Assembly (NCBI GenBank): GCA_049320885.1
Contig: JBMORA010000001.1
Location: 178,622 to 242,621, forward strand
Direction: 5' to 3'
DNA: 64,000 nucleotides
DNA from: Thermodesulfobacteriota bacterium
GTDB taxonomy: Bacteria > Desulfobacterota > Desulfobacteria > Desulfobacterales > SURF-7
A program made the translations under genes and the position numbers. Positions 59,226-64,000 of this stretch are shown one piece after another (within the stretch, counting starts at the first letter, position 1; every line of letters begins with the position of its first letter). The notes beneath the pieces are model-generated. The model searched no databases. It had not been told where the DNA came from and worked only from the letters and a program-made list of their open reading frames with translations.

Positions 59226-61502
59226 ATGAGTTTTTCGATTCTGGACACGATCGGCCGGACACCGCTGATCGAAATCAAACGTTTGAACCCCAACCCGAAG
59301 GTTCGGATTCTGGCCAAGCTGGAGTATGTCAACCCCGGCGGTTCCATCAAGGATCGGGCCGCGCTTTACATGATCAACGCAGGAGAAGCCTCCGGCGAAC
59401 TCACCCCTGACAAAACGGTTCTCGAAGCCACCAGCGGCAATACCGGCATCGGTCTCGCCCTGGTCTGCGCGGTCAAAGGCTACCGGCTGTTGCTGGCCAT
59501 GTCCGAAGCCGTCAGCCAGGAACGGCAAAAAATATTGAAGGCCAGGGGAGCGGACATCCTCCTGACACCGGGCCATCTGGGCACCGACGGCGCCATTGAG
59601 GAGGTGTACCGTCTGGCGCGGGAAAACCCCAAGGCCTATTTCATGACGGACCAATTCAACAATCCGGCCAACTGGCAGGCGCATTACGAAGGCACGGGGC
59701 CGGAAATCTGGGAGCAGACCAACGGCACCATCACCACCCTGGTGGCCACCATGGGAACCACCGGAACCCTCATGGGACTTTCCCGCCGCTTGAAGGAATA
59801 TAACCCGGATATCACCATCGTCGGTGTGGAGCCGTATCTGGGGCATAAACTTCAGGGCCTCAAAAATATGAAGGAAGCCTACCGTCCTGGAATTTTTGAA
59901 AAAAAACGACTCGACAAGAATCCGCATATCGATGATGAGGAAGCCTTTGAGATGACCCGGAGGCTGGCCAGGGAGGAAGGCCTTTTCGTGGGCATGAGCA
60001 GTGGAGCCGCCATGGTGCTGGCGGCCAAGGAAGCCGAGGCCATGACGGAAGGGACCATCGTCGTCATGTTTCCGGACAGCGGGGAACGCTATTTGAGCAC
60101 TTCGCTTTTCACCGTGCGGGAACAAGTGGAATTGACCTTGTTCAACACCATGACCCGCACCAAGGAAATCTTCGTTCCGGCCATACCGGGCAAGGTCTCC
60201 ATGTACACCTGCGGTCCCACGGCCCACGCCCCGATTCATATCGGCGAATGCCGCCGTTTCGTTTTTTCCGACCTTCTATCCCGCTATCTGGATTTTCGGG
60301 GTTACGAAGTGCGGCACATCATGAACATCACCGATCTGGACGATAAAACCATCCAGGGATCCGAAAAAGCCGGCGAGGGGCTCACCGATTTCACGGAAAA
60401 ACACATCCGCCGGTTTGACCAGGATCTGGCCGAGCTGAATGTCAAGCCAGCGGATGAATATCCCAGGGCCAGTCGTCATCTGGAAGATATGGTGGCCCTG
60501 GCCGGGAAGCTGGTTGAAAAGGGATATGCGTATGAAAAACTGCGTTCCCTGTATTTCAATATTTCCCGTTATTCGGATTACGGACGCTTGTCGCACATCG
60601 ATATTAATAAGGTGAGACTGGGCGCGACGGTGGATCTGGATGAATATGAAAAAGACAACCCCAGGGATTTCACGCTGTTCAAACGATCCAAGCTTTCGGA
60701 GCTGAAACGCGGTATCTACGTGAAATCGGACTGGGGAAACGTCCGACCCTCCTGGCATATCCAATGCGCGGCCATGTCCATGAAATACCTTGGGGAAAGC
60801 TTCGACATCCATACCAGCGCCCAGGAACTCATTTTCCCCCATCATGAAAACGTGCTGGCCACCGCCAGGGCTGTCACCGGGAAGCCCCTGGCCCGTTATT
60901 GGATCCACAGCGAGAGAATCCTGGTGGACGGTAAGAAGGTGGATGAAAAAGGGACTCGCCCGACACTGGACAATATCCGTCAGATGGGCTATACCGGCCG
61001 GGAAATCCGGTACTGGCTGCTTTCCAGCCACTACCGCAAACCCCTGATCTTCTCTCTCGACCGGCTGGAGGGCGCCCGGCAGGCGTTGAAACGTCTCGAC
61101 ACCTGCGTGCGGCGGCTGTTTGCGGTGCAGGCGGGAAAGTCCGTGACCGAATTGGATCAGCTGCGCTATGATATCAAACAGGGATTTGTCAGCGCCATGG
61201 ATGACGATCTGAACACCTCGGCGGCGCTGGCGGCTCTTTTTAAAAATATACGCAAAATCAATTTATTGCTGCAGAACGGTCACATCAACGCCCCCGATGC
61301 GGAAAAAATCATCGAAACATTTCGCGGCATCGACGAGGTACTGAAAATTTTCGATTTCAGCAACATGTATGCGGATTCGGAAATTCAGCGGATGCTCCAG
61401 GCCAGGGACAAAGCCCGCCTGGAAAAAAACTGGCAACTGGCCGATAAAATCCGCCAATCCCTGATCGAACACGGCATTGCCGTGCACGACACCAAAAGCT
61501 GA
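59226..61502 (+). CDS. Cysteine synthase (CysM/K) fused to a degenerate cysteinyl-tRNA synthetase
   Basis: NPGGSIKDR, EATSGNTG, GTTGT, DSGERYLS, then YTCGPT, NITDLDDK, WHIQC, FPHHEN and the anticodon domain, all in one frame. Confidence 0.92.
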   Translation: MSFSILDTIGRTPLIEIKRLNPNPKVRILAKLEYVNPGGSIKDRAALYMINAGEASGELTPDKTVLEATSGNTGIGLALVCAVKGYRLLLAMSEAVSQERQKILKARGADILLTPGHLGTDGAIEEVYRLARENPKAYFMTDQFNNPANWQAHYEGTGPEIWEQTNGTITTLVATMGTTGTLMGLSRRLKEYNPDITIVGVEPYLGHKLQGLKNMKEAYRPGIFEKKRLDKNPHIDDEEAFEMTRRLAREEGLFVGMSSGAAMVLAAKEAEAMTEGTIVVMFPDSGERYLSTSLFTVREQVELTLFNTMTRTKEIFVPAIPGKVSMYTCGPTAHAPIHIGECRRFVFSDLLSRYLDFRGYEVRHIMNITDLDDKTIQGSEKAGEGLTDFTEKHIRRFDQDLAELNVKPADEYPRASRHLEDMVALAGKLVEKGYAYEKLRSLYFNISRYSDYGRLSHIDINKVRLGATVDLDEYEKDNPRDFTLFKRSKLSELKRGIYVKSDWGNVRPSWHIQCAAMSMKYLGESFDIHTSAQELIFPHHENVLATARAVTGKPLARYWIHSERILVDGKKVDEKGTRPTLDNIRQMGYTGREIRYWLLSSHYRKPLIFSLDRLEGARQALKRLDTCVRRLFAVQAGKSVTELDQLRYDIKQGFVSAMDDDLNTSAALAALFKNIRKINLLLQNGHINAPDAEKIIETFRGIDEVLKIFDFSNMYADSEIQRMLQARDKARLEKNWQLADKIRQSLIEHGIAVHDTKS

Positions 61503-61538
61503 AATGACGTCCGGACGGTTTTTCAACAAAAGGTTTCC

Positions 61539-62516
61539 ATGACACCGGTTTACTTCCCGTTTACAGCCATTTCGCCGGAAAAGGCAGCCCTGCTCGCTTC
61601 CTGTTTTGACCGGATCGCCGTATATCGACCCGCGACCCCGAAGGACGGGGAAAACAACCCCGCGGGCGTTGAGATCCGGGTTCCCATCCATCAAGACGAG
61701 GAACGTTTCGAGAACTTGTATAAATCCTTCCGGGAATGGGGGCTTCTCCATCGGCCGGAAGATTTTTCCATTTTAAAACCCATGCACCAGGACACCGTCC
61801 GTTTGATCAATGAGGAAACGGTTTCGCAAATCCGAAGTTCCCTGGGGCAGCATGGGCAGTCGGAAGCAAACGAGAAAGAGGATGTCCTGCTCCAGGCCCG
61901 GGTTTTTCTTCAGCTCGCCCGGGAATTCGACCGGCAGCAGGAAGAAATCGGCAAAGGAATGCAAACCGCGGAATGGTTGGAACGGAAGATGGTGTGTGGT
62001 CTTCTGGGCAATGCGGCCCCCGAATCCGCCGCCGCCGGTTCCGCCGCCTGCGATCCGGGCGCTTATATGACCAGGCAGCGTCTGGCCGCCTGGTCATGCC
62101 TGCTGAACAGGGATACCCGCAATCCGGTCCTGTTCCTTACCGACAGCCGTGCGGTTCTGGATTATCTGCTTGAAAACGCATCGGCGATGAAACCCGTGGC
62201 CACGGTGTCCATAAAGCCGCCGGAAGCGGAGCCAACCCAGCCGGAATGTCATCAGCGCCAAGCAATCCGGGAGATCCTGCAGCGCTTCCTGAATACACCG
62301 TCCGATGCACCCGTGGAGGAGGTTTCCCTGCCGACTTCGATGCCGCAGGACGAAGAATGGATCAAGATGGAATTGTTTCGGATCGCCGGAACCGACCCAC
62401 AGCATTTTTTCAAGCAGTTCACCGGCCCGTATGCGGTGGAAGAAACGCCCTCTGAAAACCCGCAACCCTTTTCCGCCACCCTGATCGGTTTCATTACCAT
62501 GGAACGGGCGTTTTGA
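61539..62516 (+). CDS. Hypothetical protein
   Basis: 325-aa ORF filling the gap after the CysM-CysRS gene; no motif recognised. Confidence 0.7.
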   Translation: MTPVYFPFTAISPEKAALLASCFDRIAVYRPATPKDGENNPAGVEIRVPIHQDEERFENLYKSFREWGLLHRPEDFSILKPMHQDTVRLINEETVSQIRSSLGQHGQSEANEKEDVLLQARVFLQLAREFDRQQEEIGKGMQTAEWLERKMVCGLLGNAAPESAAAGSAACDPGAYMTRQRLAAWSCLLNRDTRNPVLFLTDSRAVLDYLLENASAMKPVATVSIKPPEAEPTQPECHQRQAIREILQRFLNTPSDAPVEEVSLPTSMPQDEEWIKMELFRIAGTDPQHFFKQFTGPYAVEETPSENPQPFSATLIGFITMERAF

Positions 62517-62713
62517 TGCCGCCTGCCCGCTCGCCGAAACCGGTCGGGTTTGTCCGGGAAGGAACTCCGAATTACCGGTTGACCTGGTAAAAAAGAAAGA
62601 AGAGGCTTGACTCGCTCCCTCAATTATATTAAGCAAATTTTTCCGACTGTTTTCACACATGGGCGGTGATGCCCGTTTTTACACAATTGAATTCTTTTAA
62701 AGGAGGCTTATCA

Positions 62714-62902
62714 ATGGCTTTTAATCCAGTTGTTGACGCAGACAAATGTCAGGGTTGTGAGGAATGTGTCGATGTTTGCCCTGTGGAAGTATTCGAAATG
62801 CAGGACGGGAAATCCGTGCCAGTGAATGCAGATGAATGCCTTGGCTGCGAAAGCTGCGTGGAAGTATGTGAAGAAGATGCGATCACAGTGGAGGAATCAT
62901 AA
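62714..62902 (+). CDS. 2x[4Fe-4S] ferredoxin
   Basis: CQGCEECVDVCP and CLGCESCVEVC; AGGAGG RBS. Confidence 0.93.
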   Translation: MAFNPVVDADKCQGCEECVDVCPVEVFEMQDGKSVPVNADECLGCESCVEVCEEDAITVEES

Positions 62903-63001
62903 ACCCTTCGCTTTAACAATCAGTCTTTACGCATGAATCCGCCGTTACCGGAATTCTTCGGGGCGGTTCGGCATAACCACAAGACCGATTGGCGGAATTT
63001 C

Positions 63002-63046
63002 CAAGCCCCCGGCATATCGATATGCATATCCGGGGGCTTGCATTTT
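63002..63046 (+). terminator. Hairpin / terminator after the ferredoxin gene
   Basis: CAAGCCCCCGG...CCGGGGGCTTG followed by CATTTT. Confidence 0.6.
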
Positions 63047-63096
63047 CCTGCCGTCCTCCGGTTGTTTCCATCCACCACCGGGTGGTTCCTGGGAAA

Positions 63097-64000
63097 ATGA
63101 AATCATCCCGCTTTCCCCATGTTCCTGCTTATCCCCGCTTCGCCATGGTCCGGCAGCGTCTGCATGCCGCCGCCGTGAAGGATATCGCCGCATCCGTCCG
63201 GCATGCCGTGGCCGGTTTTGCGGAAACAACCCGGATTGCGCCGGGAGGCTCGGTGGCGGTCGCCGTCGGCAGCCGGGGAATCCATGGCATCGACCAGGTC
63301 GTCCGGCATTGCATCCGCGCCTTGATCCGGAGCGGGCTTGCGCCGTATATCGTCCCGGCCATGGGAAGTCATGGCGGGGCAACTCCCCAAGGCCAGGCGG
63401 CCGTGCTGGAGAAATACGGAATAACCGAGGCGGCCATGGGGGTTCCCATCCGCCCGGAGATGGAAACCGTGGCGGTCCATGACCTTGACGGCCTGCCGCT
63501 CCATGTGGCCCGGACCGCCATGGAAGCCGACCACCTGGTTATGATCAACCGCATCAAGCCCCATACCAAATTCACGGCCCCCATTGAAAGCGGGCTCTGC
63601 AAAATGCTGACCGTCGGGCTCGGCAAGGTTGAAGGCGCGGCGGCATTTCATCGTCATGCGGTGAAACACGGTTTCCGGATCATCGAGACAGCCGCCCGGC
63701 GGTTGCTGAAACAATCGAATCTGCTTTTCGGCTTGGCGCTGCTGGAAGACGGCTACGGCCGGCTGGCCCATGTGGAGGCCCTGCCGCCGTCCATCCTGGT
63801 GGAACGGGAAAGGGAACTCCTGCAAAAAGCCTATTCCTGGATGGGGAAAATCCCCTTCGACCCCGTCGACATCCTGGTCATCGATTATATCGGCAAGGAC
63901 ATCAGCGGCATCGGCATGGATTCCAACGTCACCGGCCGGCACCGGGACATCACCGGCGATTTTTTCAGCCCGCCCCATCCCGGCAGAATCTTCGTCCGGG
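63097..64000 (+). CDS. LarA-like (lactate racemase N-domain / DUF2088-DUF362-type) protein, 3' truncated
   Basis: Manually translated: VAVAVGSRGI, IVPAMGSHGGAT, NRIKPHT, ESGLCKM..GLGK, GKDISGIGMDSNVTGR; absent from the ORF track because there is no stop in the window. Confidence 0.78.
   Translation, partial: MKSSRFPHVPAYPRFAMVRQRLHAAAVKDIAASVRHAVAGFAETTRIAPGGSVAVAVGSRGIHGIDQVVRHCIRALIRSGLAPYIVPAMGSHGGATPQGQAAVLEKYGITEAAMGVPIRPEMETVAVHDLDGLPLHVARTAMEADHLVMINRIKPHTKFTAPIESGLCKMLTVGLGKVEGAAAFHRHAVKHGFRIIETAARRLLKQSNLLFGLALLEDGYGRLAHVEALPPSILVERERELLQKAYSWMGKIPFDPVDILVIDYIGKDISGIGMDSNVTGRHRDITGDFFSPPHPGRIFVR

Overview
This is a gene-dense chromosomal segment of about 50 CDS. The 16-heme Hmc complex, plant-type DapB, long PlsB and CysM-CysRS fusion suggest a sulfate-reducing Desulfobacterota (Desulfobacterales-like) bacterium. 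Order along the window: def-fmt-rsmB; an rrf2-hmcABCDEF operon (hmcD is missing from the ORF track); PASTA protein-rpe-aroQ; cNMP/HDOD protein, prc, ycgN and an orphan oleA-like gene; guaB-dnaE; cmk-rpsA-sppA; namZ, a small MamI-like membrane protein and plsB-[murU/amgK fusion]-dapB; two PAS kinases divergent from sqr-DUF1641-response regulator; a ~15 kb minus-strand run lptD-nusG paralog-ihf-holB-PSP1-metG-pbp-kdnA-kdnB-giant glmS-rrf2; surE-tmk-[cysteine synthase/CysRS fusion]-hypothetical-ferredoxin; and a truncated LarA-like gene. The two most notable features are (1) a cysteine synthase fused to a CysRS module whose ATP-binding motifs are degenerate while most Zn/cysteine-pocket residues and the tRNA-binding parts are retained, and (2) a 1263-aa GlmS whose nucleophile Cys sits behind a 58-residue leader. 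I found no tRNA, rRNA, CRISPR array or transposase by eye. All homology calls come from motif recognition and memory; no database searches were run.
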